Shown piece by piece: positions 40,083-50,646 of a stretch of DNA of 64,000 nucleotides; positions within the stretch are counted from its first letter, which is position 1; the number at the start of each line of letters is the position of its first letter. A model generated the notes under the pieces. The model had not been told where the DNA came from. It ran no database searches and worked only from the letters and a program-made list of their open reading frames with translations. The DNA comes from Candidatus Coatesbacteria bacterium (GTDB lineage: Bacteria; JAFGND01): positions 1-64,000 of the forward strand of contig JAFGND010000023.1 in the NCBI GenBank assembly GCA_016927185.1, read 5' to 3'. The translations under genes were made by a program, and so were the position numbers.

Positions 40083-41492
40083 TCACTCCTCGTAAAAACT
40101 ACTTTTCCAAAATGATGTTCCCAAATAGTGATTTGGTTTTTTTATCCCGAAAGCCTCAAGGACAGTTGGGGCAATATGATAAATTGCTTGATGATCCAGC
40201 CAGTTTTCTCCGATTCCAGGATGATACAAGAGGAAAAATCCATCTTGGGCATGATTAGCATCATCAGGCCCCGTATCATTTTCATGAGTGTATAGTCTGG
40301 AGGTCCCAACAGTACCTTGACTTCGCCATGAAAGATCACCTAAGTATAGAATAATATCAGGTGGAATTCCATTAGTTTCATGATATATCTCATCAGGTAA
40401 ATATGCCTTGTTGTTCATGCAGATTCCGTTGTCATCAAGAATTGCTTCAAGTTTCTTTTTCAGTTCTTCAAGGAAATCCTTTTTCTGGTTTTCTTTTATT
40501 ATCCCTCTGGGTTCTCTGCCAGCAATGTTTAAAAAAATCCTTGAATAGTATCCTCCCTCTCCATAACAATATGTATTATCCCAGTCAATAATATCGTGAC
40601 TAATTTTTAGTGCTTTCTTTGGGGTTTCTATCAGTTTCAAATAACCTTCTTGCATTAGCCATTCATTGATATAGAAACCGCCTTTCATTGCTTTTGCTCC
40701 ATGATCAGATACTATGAAAATTGCGATTTCTTCATTATCTATATAAGGATTCAAAAGCTCCTCAAGGTTTTTGTCAAGAGAAATGTAGTACTTTTCTACT
40801 ACATTTTTCAGGATGCTATCAGGCTTATATAATGGATGCTCTTCATCGAAATATTTCCAGAAACCATGATGTAGTCTGTCAGGTCCCATAAAAACTGCCA
40901 TGAAGAAATCCCATTCTTTGCTTTCAAGAAGAAATTTTGCTGCCTTGAAGCGAGCTTTTGTCATTTTGTAAATCTCTTTTATCAACCATTCCTTATCTTG
41001 TGTTCGGAAATTATTGACATCTATCTGATAATCAGGTACTGCTAGTAGAAGTTCCTTTTTAAGCTCTTTTGGATAAGTAAAATCTGAATTGAGGTCTGGA
41101 GTAAGAAAACACCCTACAAGATTGCCCTTTATTGGTTTAGGTGGATATGTTTGAGGAACATTTAGTATTGTAGATTTCAATCCAGCTTCTCCCAAAATAT
41201 CCCACAATAAAGGCTTCTTAATAAACGTGCTGTTAGCAATCACTTGATCATTATAGTCATAACTTCCTCTGTTTCTGAAGCCATAAATACCTAGCTGACC
41301 TGGATCCTGAGAAGTCATCATAGTCATCCATGCTGGTACAGTGATCGCTGGAATGGTACTCCTGAGTGTTCCATAACGAGAACTCTGTTTGAGTTTGTTG
41401 AAGAAATCAAGTTGATTAACGAATCTGCTATTCACAAGCTGAGGCGCAAGACAATCAAGTCCTATAATAATGAATTTTTTAATCTGTGGCAT
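40083..41492 (-). CDS. Cytoplasmic alkaline-phosphatase-superfamily enzyme (type I phosphodiesterase/nucleotide pyrophosphatase-like), paralog
   Basis: 469 aa; IIGLDCLAP, ITVPAWMTMMTS...GIYGF, VSDHGA motifs. Confidence 0.75.
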   Translation of the reverse strand: MPQIKKFIIIGLDCLAPQLVNSRFVNQLDFFNKLKQSSRYGTLRSTIPAITVPAWMTMMTSQDPGQLGIYGFRNRGSYDYNDQVIANSTFIKKPLLWDILGEAGLKSTILNVPQTYPPKPIKGNLVGCFLTPDLNSDFTYPKELKKELLLAVPDYQIDVNNFRTQDKEWLIKEIYKMTKARFKAAKFLLESKEWDFFMAVFMGPDRLHHGFWKYFDEEHPLYKPDSILKNVVEKYYISLDKNLEELLNPYIDNEEIAIFIVSDHGAKAMKGGFYINEWLMQEGYLKLIETPKKALKISHDIIDWDNTYCYGEGGYYSRIFLNIAGREPRGIIKENQKKDFLEELKKKLEAILDDNGICMNNKAYLPDEIYHETNGIPPDIILYLGDLSWRSQGTVGTSRLYTHENDTGPDDANHAQDGFFLLYHPGIGENWLDHQAIYHIAPTVLEAFGIKKPNHYLGTSFWKSSFYEE

Positions 41493-41499
41493 TACATTC

Positions 41500-42657
41500 C
41501 TATTCTACAAATGGTTTTGGATAATTGATCATAATATCACTTATTTCTTTTCTTGTCATTTCCTCAGGAATAGATATGTGTTTTATAATCATCTCCCTTA
41601 CTAATGAACCGGAAAGATAAATTCTTTCTGAATCTCCATGAGGACATGTTTTTGAAGTTGCCATCTGATCACAAGTACTGCAAAAGAAAGAATTCTCGAA
41701 ACAAAGTGGTTTTATTTCAAGTTTATTGAAAGGCATTTTTTCAAAAATTTTTTGTGCGTCGTAAGTCCCATAATATTTTCCAACACCTGCATGATCACGT
41801 CCTACAATAAAGTGGGTACAACCGAAATTTTGACGAATAATTGCATGAAAGATTGCTTCTTTAGGACCTGCGTAGTTCATCTTCATAGGCAAAATGCTCA
41901 TAACAGCTCTGTTTTTAGGATAAAAATCTGAGATCATCTTTTCATAAACTGCTATTATTACTTCGTCTTTAAAGTCACCAGACTTCTTTTTCCCAATGAC
42001 AGGATTAATGAAAAGTCCATCAACAACTTCTAATGCACATTTCTGAAGATATTCATGAGAACGATGAACTGGATTTCTGGTCTGAAAAGCAACAACTGTC
42101 TGCCAGCCTTTTTCCCTGAAAAGAATCCTTGTTTCAAGGGGATCCAGATTATATTCAGGAAATGGTTGCCTGTTTGTATCTATAAGATCAATTCTTCCAG
42201 CAACATAATATTCCTTTTTTGAGAGAAAACCCGCAACTCCTGGATGTTTTTCATCATTAGTCTGAAATACGCTTGAAACAAGCTTGTTTACATCAGGTTT
42301 ATATATTTCTTCAACTAGCATGGAAGCTAAAGGTGAATTATCCTCATTTTTTATAAGAACATGCCTGCCTTCTTTCAATTTTATAGCCGTTTCATGATCA
42401 ATATCCAATACAATTGGAACTGTCCATATAAGTCCGTTTTCAAGAATGCTGTCATCTATTATTGCTGAAAGATCAATTTTGGACAGAAAGCCATTCAAGG
42501 GACTGTAGATACCCCTGCAGATATTTCTTATATCCTTGGAAGTCTCTTCATCAACAATAATTGATATCCAGTTGCAGCAGTTTTCAAGAACATTCTCTCT
42601 TTCTTCACCCTGAAGAATTCTTCTGATCAGTTGTCCTCCATGTGGTTTTATTTGCAT
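41500..42657 (-). CDS. sat: Sulfate adenylyltransferase (ATP sulfurylase)
   Basis: 385 aa; QTRNPVHRSHE and GRDHAGVG motifs of ATP sulfurylase. Confidence 0.9.
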   Translation of the reverse strand: MQIKPHGGQLIRRILQGEERENVLENCCNWISIIVDEETSKDIRNICRGIYSPLNGFLSKIDLSAIIDDSILENGLIWTVPIVLDIDHETAIKLKEGRHVLIKNEDNSPLASMLVEEIYKPDVNKLVSSVFQTNDEKHPGVAGFLSKKEYYVAGRIDLIDTNRQPFPEYNLDPLETRILFREKGWQTVVAFQTRNPVHRSHEYLQKCALEVVDGLFINPVIGKKKSGDFKDEVIIAVYEKMISDFYPKNRAVMSILPMKMNYAGPKEAIFHAIIRQNFGCTHFIVGRDHAGVGKYYGTYDAQKIFEKMPFNKLEIKPLCFENSFFCSTCDQMATSKTCPHGDSERIYLSGSLVREMIIKHISIPEEMTRKEISDIMINYPKPFVE

Positions 42658-42658
42658 C

Positions 42659-43642
42659 TTAAATCCCTTCTTTTATTTCCTTCTTTAACCTTTTAGTTTC
42701 AGGAATTTCAGACAATTTCAACAAAAAAGTCTTTGAAAGTTTTAAATATTTGTCTGCATTTTCGACATCACCGCTTGTTTTATATGATTTTGCCAGATGA
42801 AAATTGAAAAGAGCAAGGTTGTAATTACTTATTGGCTTTATTTCATTTACTTTATTAAGCCCAAGATTAAGGTAATCAATGGATGATTTGATTTCATTAT
42901 TACTGACAGAGCATATTGATAAAATATAGTATGGCCATGGATCCCTTGGGAATAACTTGTTAATATTTTTTGCAACTTCTTCAGTCTTCGTAAAATCCTT
43001 TTTTTGATAATAAATATCAAGAAGAACAAACATGGAAGAGGGATATGAATATAAACCTTTTTCTATCGATGTTCTCAAGTATTTTTCCGTATCAGTATTC
43101 TTCATGAGAATACCTCCGCCTATATCCTTCCAATGTAAAAACATTCCCATTCCACCATAAGCATCATAAAACTCTGGTTCTGCATCTATTATCTGTTTCA
43201 TCAAGTTATAACCTTTATATGCAAGCCTGAATGCCCCGATTAAGGCACCATTCCTTGCAAGATGAATTGCTTGTAAACCATAACTTGATCCAAGATAATA
43301 TTTTGCCCACAAATCCTTGTTATTACTATAAATATTATCATTAGAAAATTTCTGGCATTTTTTTACATTAGCAATAAATTCTTTTTCCTTGCTATTGTCT
43401 TCCATATCTTGCATAATCATTTCATATACCATTGCCTTGAAGAAGTAAGCTGAAGGATTATCAGGGAATTTGTTTTCAAGGGAGTCCAATACAGCGAGTG
43501 ATTCATCATAGTATTTCTGATGCATTTTTTCTAATGCGCTTTTCAGATATTTATATCTTATGGAGTTTTTCTCTTGAGAGTGCTGATTTCCTTCAATTTG
43601 CTCTATTGAGAAAATTAAAATAAAAACTAATAAAATAATCAT
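42659..43642 (-). CDS. Secreted TPR-repeat protein
   Basis: 327 aa; signal peptide then TPR-like helical repeats. Confidence 0.55.
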   Translation of the reverse strand: MIILLVFILIFSIEQIEGNQHSQEKNSIRYKYLKSALEKMHQKYYDESLAVLDSLENKFPDNPSAYFFKAMVYEMIMQDMEDNSKEKEFIANVKKCQKFSNDNIYSNNKDLWAKYYLGSSYGLQAIHLARNGALIGAFRLAYKGYNLMKQIIDAEPEFYDAYGGMGMFLHWKDIGGGILMKNTDTEKYLRTSIEKGLYSYPSSMFVLLDIYYQKKDFTKTEEVAKNINKLFPRDPWPYYILSICSVSNNEIKSSIDYLNLGLNKVNEIKPISNYNLALFNFHLAKSYKTSGDVENADKYLKLSKTFLLKLSEIPETKRLKKEIKEGI

Positions 43643-44268
43643 TCGGATTTATCTATTATTTTTGCTCCAGATGGTAGCCTAAATTCAAAATGCTTGCTAT
43701 CCAATTTTGGATTTATAATTATATCAGAAAAAGTATAAACGATTTTACTCTCAGTATCGTCTTCATATGCTATTCTGTAAATAATACTATCTGTCCCCAC
43801 CCAGATTTCCATCTTAACAAAGTCTGTTTTTTCATTCCTCGGAACCAGAAAAAGCTTTTTGCATATCCTGCCATCTATTTTTTCAGAACCAACATAAGTA
43901 ACATCAGATTCCTCAGGATATTTATAAATCAAATCCTTAAATCTTAATCCATATTCCAGCTTATTTGTTGAGAATTTCATAACTTGTTTGTTTACCGGTG
44001 AATACAAATAAATGAAATCTCCCGTACTCAAAAGGAATTGACCTTTTGGATGAATATATTCAAGCAATAATTTATTCGGTTCAGAAACATATATCTTACC
44101 ATTCAATGCTCTCCATTTGTTCAATTCTGACCAAATATTCACCTGCCTGAAAACACCTTGAAATGAATTAATTTTCTTATATTTTTCTTGAATCTGTTTT
44201 ATTATCTCATCAGTATTTTCTGCAAGAATAACAGTGCACGAAAGTAATATTATCAGTAAGTATTTCAT
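43639..44268 (-). CDS. LolA-like outer-membrane lipoprotein carrier family protein
   Basis: 209 aa; signal peptide, FxGxFxQ motif (INSFQGVFRQ) typical of LolA/LolB fold. Confidence 0.65.
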   Translation of the reverse strand: MKYLLIILLSCTVILAENTDEIIKQIQEKYKKINSFQGVFRQVNIWSELNKWRALNGKIYVSEPNKLLLEYIHPKGQFLLSTGDFIYLYSPVNKQVMKFSTNKLEYGLRFKDLIYKYPEESDVTYVGSEKIDGRICKKLFLVPRNEKTDFVKMEIWVGTDSIIYRIAYEDDTESKIVYTFSDIIINPKLDSKHFEFRLPSGAKIIDKSE

Positions 44269-44362
44269 ATTACCTCAAGGTTAAATAACGGACATTCTGA
44301 CAAGCGTTTTCTTGCAATATATCAAGAATAAAAGCCTGGTTCATCAAATTAATACCATAAAC

Positions 44363-45712
44363 CTACTTTTTCTTCTTTGTCTCTAATCCAGCTTCCATAT
44401 CAAGCTTGAGATGCTTAAGAAAATAAGCCTTTATCTTTTTCACGTTTTCATCACTTATTTTACGTTCTAAAGGGAATTCTGCTGAACATGAAACCCATCT
44501 AAAGAGTAGGATTTCAAGAAATCTGCCATAATCTTCCAATGCTTGCCGATCTAGCCATGAAATTGTATCTTCCTCTGTATGCAAGACATTATTGGAAGGA
44601 GAGGATCTGGCAAATTGAAGAGCGGGAATGCCATGATAAGCTAAACTTGTACCATCAGATGACATTGCATATTCCTTGATATCTAATTTGAATCCCAATT
44701 CTTTTGAAAGCAATTGCATTCCTACGATATGATCCGAACAACCTGCAACTGCAACATGATTTGTTCCCAGTAATGCACCATGAACATCTATATTGATTGT
44801 TAGTAGGTGATTATCTAGCTCAGTCTTATCCCAGATTTTAATATATTCTTTTTTTTCCTTTTCTTTCTTGTCTTTTTTTGCTAGTTCCTTGATATAATAT
44901 CTGCTTCCATTTAATCCTCTTTCCTCACTCCCGAATGCGATAAATCTGATTGTTCGTTTGCTTCCATGTATTGAAAAAATTCTTGCGAGTTCCATTACTA
45001 TTGCGGTTCCTCCTGCATTATCAGAAGCTCCACTTCCTTCCCATATAGAATCATAATGTCCACAAACAACAATAATCTCTTCAGGATAAAGACCTCCTTT
45101 CAATTCACCAATTACGTTCTGGCTGGTTGACGGTTTTATATCTTGCTCTGTTATGATAGTCATTTTTTTAGGTTTAGCTTTTACCAGTTTTAAACCATCA
45201 TCATATGAAATCATCAATGTTGGCTGATTTGCCAGTATTTTGTCCCATTCTTCGAGACGTTCAATATGCAGTGCTTTTGTACCTCTTGATGAACCAATAA
45301 CTATAACTCCTGCAGGTTCATATTCATCCATCTTTTTTCTCAGTTTGTCATCAAGAGCTCCATATCTGACAATGATTTTGTTCTTGATATCAGGTGTAAT
45401 TTCCAGAGGACTTCCTGAAAGGCACCAGACAATATCAGAAGTAATTCCTTTGGTTGGCGTATTTGAGCACAATCCATAAGATCTGCAATGTATGTCTCCT
45501 GTTTCTCTGGAAGTAATGAATGATTTTTTTACAGAGAAATCCTTCGTCTTGAATTCCTGTAAATATGACTTCAAGCCCCATTCCTTGAATCTCTCTAAAA
45601 TATAATAAGCTGCTTTTTTTTCTTCTCTTGAACCTCCCAGTCTTGCACCAATATTAACAGATAAATGATTCAGAAATTCAAAAGATGCCTTACCACTGAA
45701 TAAGTTTTTCAT
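44363..45712 (-). CDS. M28-family zinc aminopeptidase
   Basis: 449 aa; HYDS...D...GASDNAGG, EE, H metal ligands in M28 order. Confidence 0.75.
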   Translation of the reverse strand: MKNLFSGKASFEFLNHLSVNIGARLGGSREEKKAAYYILERFKEWGLKSYLQEFKTKDFSVKKSFITSRETGDIHCRSYGLCSNTPTKGITSDIVWCLSGSPLEITPDIKNKIIVRYGALDDKLRKKMDEYEPAGVIVIGSSRGTKALHIERLEEWDKILANQPTLMISYDDGLKLVKAKPKKMTIITEQDIKPSTSQNVIGELKGGLYPEEIIVVCGHYDSIWEGSGASDNAGGTAIVMELARIFSIHGSKRTIRFIAFGSEERGLNGSRYYIKELAKKDKKEKEKKEYIKIWDKTELDNHLLTINIDVHGALLGTNHVAVAGCSDHIVGMQLLSKELGFKLDIKEYAMSSDGTSLAYHGIPALQFARSSPSNNVLHTEEDTISWLDRQALEDYGRFLEILLFRWVSCSAEFPLERKISDENVKKIKAYFLKHLKLDMEAGLETKKKK

Positions 45713-45723
45713 ATAAACCTTCC

Positions 45724-46806
45724 TTAAATAGAACCAGTTTCCTCAAATGGTTTAACAGTCAATCTGTTATAGGGGACTTCGAAATCAGGCCATTTCTCCA
45801 GAAACCTGACATCAAGAAATTGACCATATCTATCAATCAAAGCTCTTATTCCGAAAAATACAATGTTCTTGTCAAAATCATATGATAAATCTCTCCAGAA
45901 AACAAGATATCCTTCTTCCACTTCCTTTACAGTTGGATAAGGATTTTTAGCACACGTTAAGAAATCCCGTATTTTGAAATGCTCTTTGGATTTCTCTATA
46001 TATTCATTCATCTTATCCTTTTTTACAGGATAAAATCCAATCTCCTTGAATTCACCTTTCAAATTCATCTCATATGTAGAGAAGGATTTATTATTCTTTC
46101 TCAAAAACATCCAGTTGAGTCCAGAATAGGAGTGAGGGAAAATCTGTATATTCCTGGTTGAGAATCTTTTCCTTGCCTTTTTCAAGACGATAAGTCTTGC
46201 TATATAAAGCCAAAATGTGAATATCAAGACTAAAGCAAATCCAATTATAGAACCATATTTGTTAAAAACTAAATTAATCATTATTCCAAATAAAAGGAAA
46301 TAAAGTATTGGAGACATAATAGTACTATTCAACAAGCATATAAAGCATCTCAGTCGACTCGGGGGATAGCAGCGAGCCTTTTTATTCAAGTGAGTTAATC
46401 CTAATATTAGTTTCAGGGAAAATTTTTTATTAATCACTGGCCAGAATACTGCTATACCATCTGAGTGAAGAAAAACATCCAAAAAAATGTGAGAAAAGAA
46501 TGATACTAGCAAGAAAACAAAAGTATACTCATAGCTTAAATTAGTATAATAACTTCCAAGCAAGGGTCCAGTCATAGTGATTAACTTCGCTCCCAAAGCT
46601 GAAAAAATAACTCCGCCTACTATAGAGTGACTGGGTCCATGATGAGGGAATATATCTCTTATCGAGCTCTGTTTATCTGATATAGCATCAATATCTGGTA
46701 AATTTGCAAACAAAACGCCTGAAAAAAATAATAAAGGATTATTAATATGTATTGAAAAACCTTGATTAATGCTTATCCCTGCTAAAGTATGAATTATCGG
46801 ATCCAT
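45724..46806 (-). CDS. Membrane-bound metal-dependent hydrolase (YdjM/DUF457-like) with C-terminal soluble domain
   Basis: 360 aa; N-terminal MDPIIHTLAG...H/D-rich TM helices. Confidence 0.5.
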   Translation of the reverse strand: MDPIIHTLAGISINQGFSIHINNPLLFFSGVLFANLPDIDAISDKQSSIRDIFPHHGPSHSIVGGVIFSALGAKLITMTGPLLGSYYTNLSYEYTFVFLLVSFFSHIFLDVFLHSDGIAVFWPVINKKFSLKLILGLTHLNKKARCYPPSRLRCFICLLNSTIMSPILYFLLFGIMINLVFNKYGSIIGFALVLIFTFWLYIARLIVLKKARKRFSTRNIQIFPHSYSGLNWMFLRKNNKSFSTYEMNLKGEFKEIGFYPVKKDKMNEYIEKSKEHFKIRDFLTCAKNPYPTVKEVEEGYLVFWRDLSYDFDKNIVFFGIRALIDRYGQFLDVRFLEKWPDFEVPYNRLTVKPFEETGSI

Positions 46807-46809
46807 GTT

Positions 46810-48300
46810 TTATTCCTTGGATTTGTCTGAAAAATATGATTTCAGTTTCATTATTAATGATTTCTCAGGTTTACATAAATGATTCCAGAGTCCCCATGTA
46901 ATTCCTAAAAGAATAAACAGTTGTGTAAGTATGACTGTAGTTGCAAATAAGTAATCTATTAAACTGTGAAGTCCTATTGCTAACCATGAGGAAAAAACAG
47001 CAATAACGATTTTTTTATCTTCCCAATTATCTGCAGATTTATACATTTTTATATGCATATAAGATAAATATAAAATAAAAATCAGAAGGAATAACAATCC
47101 TGCAATGCCAAGTTCGAATAATATTTGAAATTCAAGCTGATTTGCATGGACTAAATCTCCAACAAAAGCATCAAATAAAAAATCTATGTTTGCCTGCTTG
47201 ATTACCCATCCTCCATAATTACCTAAACCCAGTCCACCCTTTAAGTCCTGTGGTTTGAATTTATCTATTGTCCATCCCCATAGAAGAAATCTTACCATTA
47301 GTGCAGTTGGTTTATTAGAACTTGTTACTAGTGAAGTTTGGAGCATTCTTGGGGCATACTTTTTTGCAATTATATAAAAGGATGGTAATATAACTGTAAT
47401 TATACTAAGAAGACCGTAAAATCTTTTTCTAAAGCTATATTTCGATTTTAGGAAAAAATAAAAATAGAAAGAGCTTGCAATTATTATGGAAATAGTAGCT
47501 CCTCTTGAACCACTAAGAATAGTAATATAAAAGTAGAGAAATACTAAGAGTAAAAAGAGAATCTTTATCTTGTATGATTTCGAATTCAAGAAATAATAAA
47601 CGCAAAATGGGAATATCATATCATAATAACCACCAAGATTATTAGGATGCTCAGTAAAGCTTTTTAATCGCTTTACTCCTTCATAAGATGCTTCAGAATA
47701 TTCTGTTACGCCAAACAAATAAATTATACCTGAAATTAAAAAAACCATAACAAAGAAATGAATATTTTCCTTGTTTTCAGTAATATATAGCATAACTAAT
47801 ATCATAATAGGAATCGGAATGGAATAGTTTATTAAAGCTTTAATTGAAGTAAATCGATCATGACTTATATATAATGATTGATATACAATAAACAAATAGG
47901 CTAATACAATCAGGAAAAAAATAGGAGAATGAAATATACAATCTATTTCAAATCTTTTTAAGAGTAAAGCAAGAATTAGAATAATTCCCCATGTTATTGT
48001 TATGAAATCTGCAAGATTATAAGATGAATCTATAATATGAAATCTCGGAGAAATCCAGAGTGGGTTAAGAAGAATAAATAATCCAAGACTATTTCTTAAA
48101 GGTTGCCTGGAAAAAAGTAGAATTGGAATCAATAAACCCAAGATAGTGAAAGCTAGCGAATTGAACATACCCTTTTCAAAAGACTTGATAGAAAAAACTG
48201 ATATAGAAATTATGACTAAAGAGTATGTAAATCCGATAATTTGTATCGTTGGTTTTATCTCTTTTTGTTTTATTAAAAACTGTGGAATAAACATAAACAA
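46810..48300 (-). CDS. O-antigen ligase/polymerase-like polytopic membrane protein
   Basis: 496 aa; ~12 TM helices with large periplasmic loop as in Wzy_C/WaaL family. Confidence 0.55.
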   Translation of the reverse strand: MFMFIPQFLIKQKEIKPTIQIIGFTYSLVIISISVFSIKSFEKGMFNSLAFTILGLLIPILLFSRQPLRNSLGLFILLNPLWISPRFHIIDSSYNLADFITITWGIILILALLLKRFEIDCIFHSPIFFLIVLAYLFIVYQSLYISHDRFTSIKALINYSIPIPIMILVMLYITENKENIHFFVMVFLISGIIYLFGVTEYSEASYEGVKRLKSFTEHPNNLGGYYDMIFPFCVYYFLNSKSYKIKILFLLLVFLYFYITILSGSRGATISIIIASSFYFYFFLKSKYSFRKRFYGLLSIITVILPSFYIIAKKYAPRMLQTSLVTSSNKPTALMVRFLLWGWTIDKFKPQDLKGGLGLGNYGGWVIKQANIDFLFDAFVGDLVHANQLEFQILFELGIAGLLFLLIFILYLSYMHIKMYKSADNWEDKKIVIAVFSSWLAIGLHSLIDYLFATTVILTQLFILLGITWGLWNHLCKPEKSLIMKLKSYFSDKSKE

Positions 48301-48327
48301 AACCCCGAGTTTTCTCTCGGGGTAATT

Positions 48328-49941
48328 TCATTGGAGTCTGTAACCGCTAGTATAAGTCTGATCATCTTTTCTATGGATGAAGATACCATCTGATAAATCA
48401 TCAGTTAGGAAGATATTCCAAATCGCTCCATCTGCGGGTAAATTTTCTGACTCCATTATATTCATGTGCTCTCCATTATAAAAATACATATTTCTATTTG
48501 TTGTTCCAAGGAAATATAATTCTGGAGAAATCACTCTAGATGAAGTAAGAAATAGTTTTTGGTAAACATATGAAGGAACTGAATATTTACTCCACACTCC
48601 ATTGATGTATACTGCTGCAATCCCATCTTTGGATACTGCAATTCCATAGGTTCCACTAGAATTAAATGAAAGTCCATTCACTTCATAATCCAAATTGTAG
48701 CTCTTGGTTCCGTCATTATGACAAACAACAACACCATTACCTGTTGATGATGAAACTCCAAATAACCATACTAATCCATTGTTTAAGACTATTTTTTTCA
48801 ATCTATTATACTTGTAATCAGTTTTAGTAACGTCACTCCATTGATTAGTCATATTATTAAAAGAAAGGAGTCTTATTCCTACTTTACCAGAATCATAGGC
48901 AATTGCAAAGGTTCCAGGAGAACCAGATTGAATTTCATCTATTACCTTGTATGGATTTAATTGATCCCTGTAAATAGCAACTACTTGGTTATGATTTGTA
49001 TAATAACAGATTCTATCCCATAATCCAGCCCATCCAGAATTGTCATTTATTGGACAGATACTGAAAAGCATATCTTCCATAGTAATTTCCTGATGAGATA
49101 AAGTATATGAAGTTAATGCTCCATAACTATACTGAGTATATGAAGGAGGTTTTGAATCATGACCAACACATATAACATTTTCATTGAGGATTTCAACATC
49201 TGTGCATCTCCTACTAGAAGGCCAACCTGAAATCTCTGTCCAATCCTTTGATAAAGTGGTTACAGAAATTGAAGAACCTACTGGAGTATACTGACCTGAA
49301 ATGCTAAAATATAATCTATAATAAGCTTTTTGGTTTATTAATGCTGAATTATCAGTTATTTCCTGGTTAGTAGTTTCTCCTATAAAAGTGCCATTTGAAG
49401 GGTTCACATCACTTTTTGTACTTCTAAAGACTGCAAATCTTTTATATTTTGGACTTGTAAAATCCCAGCTTAATTTTACTTTATTTTTGGCTAAAAGTGT
49501 TGCAGTTATCATATTTGTACCTTGTGATAACCTAAAGTATCTTCTATCACTAGCGCCTAATCCATTTATATCCTTAGCTATTATAAAAATGTTGTAATAG
49601 TTATCTTTCCAGAATTTTGTTGAATCTGAAACATCCAGTTTGTAATAGTATTGATTATCTGATCCTTCCATTTTAGTCATAAAACCCAGGAATTCAGATT
49701 CTTCAAAACTCTCTTTACCAGGAGGCGTGATCCAGATTTCAATAGAATCCTTTTTAATTCTATACATTCCCTCTACCTTAGCAGAGATCTCAACAATGTT
49801 ATCAACAGGATATACCCATGTACCATTTGCTTCTGGATAAGTAATCCAGCAAACTGGATTGACGGGTTCAGTTAGATTTGTACAGCTGAACAATGCAATG
49901 AGCAGCAGTATTAGTGTTAAGAATATTATCTTTCTTATCAT
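48328..49941 (-). CDS. Secreted lipoprotein, hypothetical
   Basis: 537 aa; lipobox ALFSC. Confidence 0.5.
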   Translation of the reverse strand: MIRKIIFLTLILLLIALFSCTNLTEPVNPVCWITYPEANGTWVYPVDNIVEISAKVEGMYRIKKDSIEIWITPPGKESFEESEFLGFMTKMEGSDNQYYYKLDVSDSTKFWKDNYYNIFIIAKDINGLGASDRRYFRLSQGTNMITATLLAKNKVKLSWDFTSPKYKRFAVFRSTKSDVNPSNGTFIGETTNQEITDNSALINQKAYYRLYFSISGQYTPVGSSISVTTLSKDWTEISGWPSSRRCTDVEILNENVICVGHDSKPPSYTQYSYGALTSYTLSHQEITMEDMLFSICPINDNSGWAGLWDRICYYTNHNQVVAIYRDQLNPYKVIDEIQSGSPGTFAIAYDSGKVGIRLLSFNNMTNQWSDVTKTDYKYNRLKKIVLNNGLVWLFGVSSSTGNGVVVCHNDGTKSYNLDYEVNGLSFNSSGTYGIAVSKDGIAAVYINGVWSKYSVPSYVYQKLFLTSSRVISPELYFLGTTNRNMYFYNGEHMNIMESENLPADGAIWNIFLTDDLSDGIFIHRKDDQTYTSGYRLQ

Positions 49942-50226
49942 AATTGTCTCCTTCCCTATACAATAGGTTCTAAAAATTATTTAACTCAGTCGGCTAGAAG
50001 CTTATGCTTTTGTCAAATAAAAAAAACAAAATCTACTGGTTTTGGTTTAGTTTCTTAGTTTATGATTAACTGTTGCGCTATTTAAACCTAATACTAGGCT
50101 GTAAACCTAAAGCAATTATAAGCTAAAGAAATCAATTTGCTTTTGTCAATAAACTCGTATTGGATTGACAAAAAATACATTAATATCATTATGCTCAAAG
50201 TCTAATACAATCTTAAGGAGATTACA

Positions 50227-50646
50227 ATGATTAATTGGGATGTAATACCTAAAGAATCTCAAGAGGAAACTGTTGATAGATGCTATTATAGCCTGATAGA
50301 TTCTTCAAGAATCTATAGAAACAGAATACTTGAATTGAAACAAGAATTTCTTCAAAAAATGTTGGTTACAATCCAGGATCATGGTTTATGGCAATGGCTA
50401 ATTGGAGAAGAGAGATGTACTGAATTATGCAAGAGCTTTGACGGAAAAATTGTCTTTTCCTTGAAACTGGAAGAAGCAGGTTTCATAATAAGCATTGAAG
50501 CAAAAAGTGAAACTGATACTATATACTATGAAATATCCAAATCTGGAATAGTAGATAGAGGATTAATACCTTATATAGATGAAATCTCACAAGGCTTGCT
50601 TGAAGTATATATGAAGGCAAAAAAAGAAAGAACCAGAAACCTATAA
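50227..50646 (+). CDS. Hypothetical protein convergent with E2-like gene
   Basis: 139 aa ORF with good SD (AAGGAGA) upstream; no recognisable domain. Confidence 0.45.
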   Translation: MINWDVIPKESQEETVDRCYYSLIDSSRIYRNRILELKQEFLQKMLVTIQDHGLWQWLIGEERCTELCKSFDGKIVFSLKLEEAGFIISIEAKSETDTIYYEISKSGIVDRGLIPYIDEISQGLLEVYMKAKKERTRNL

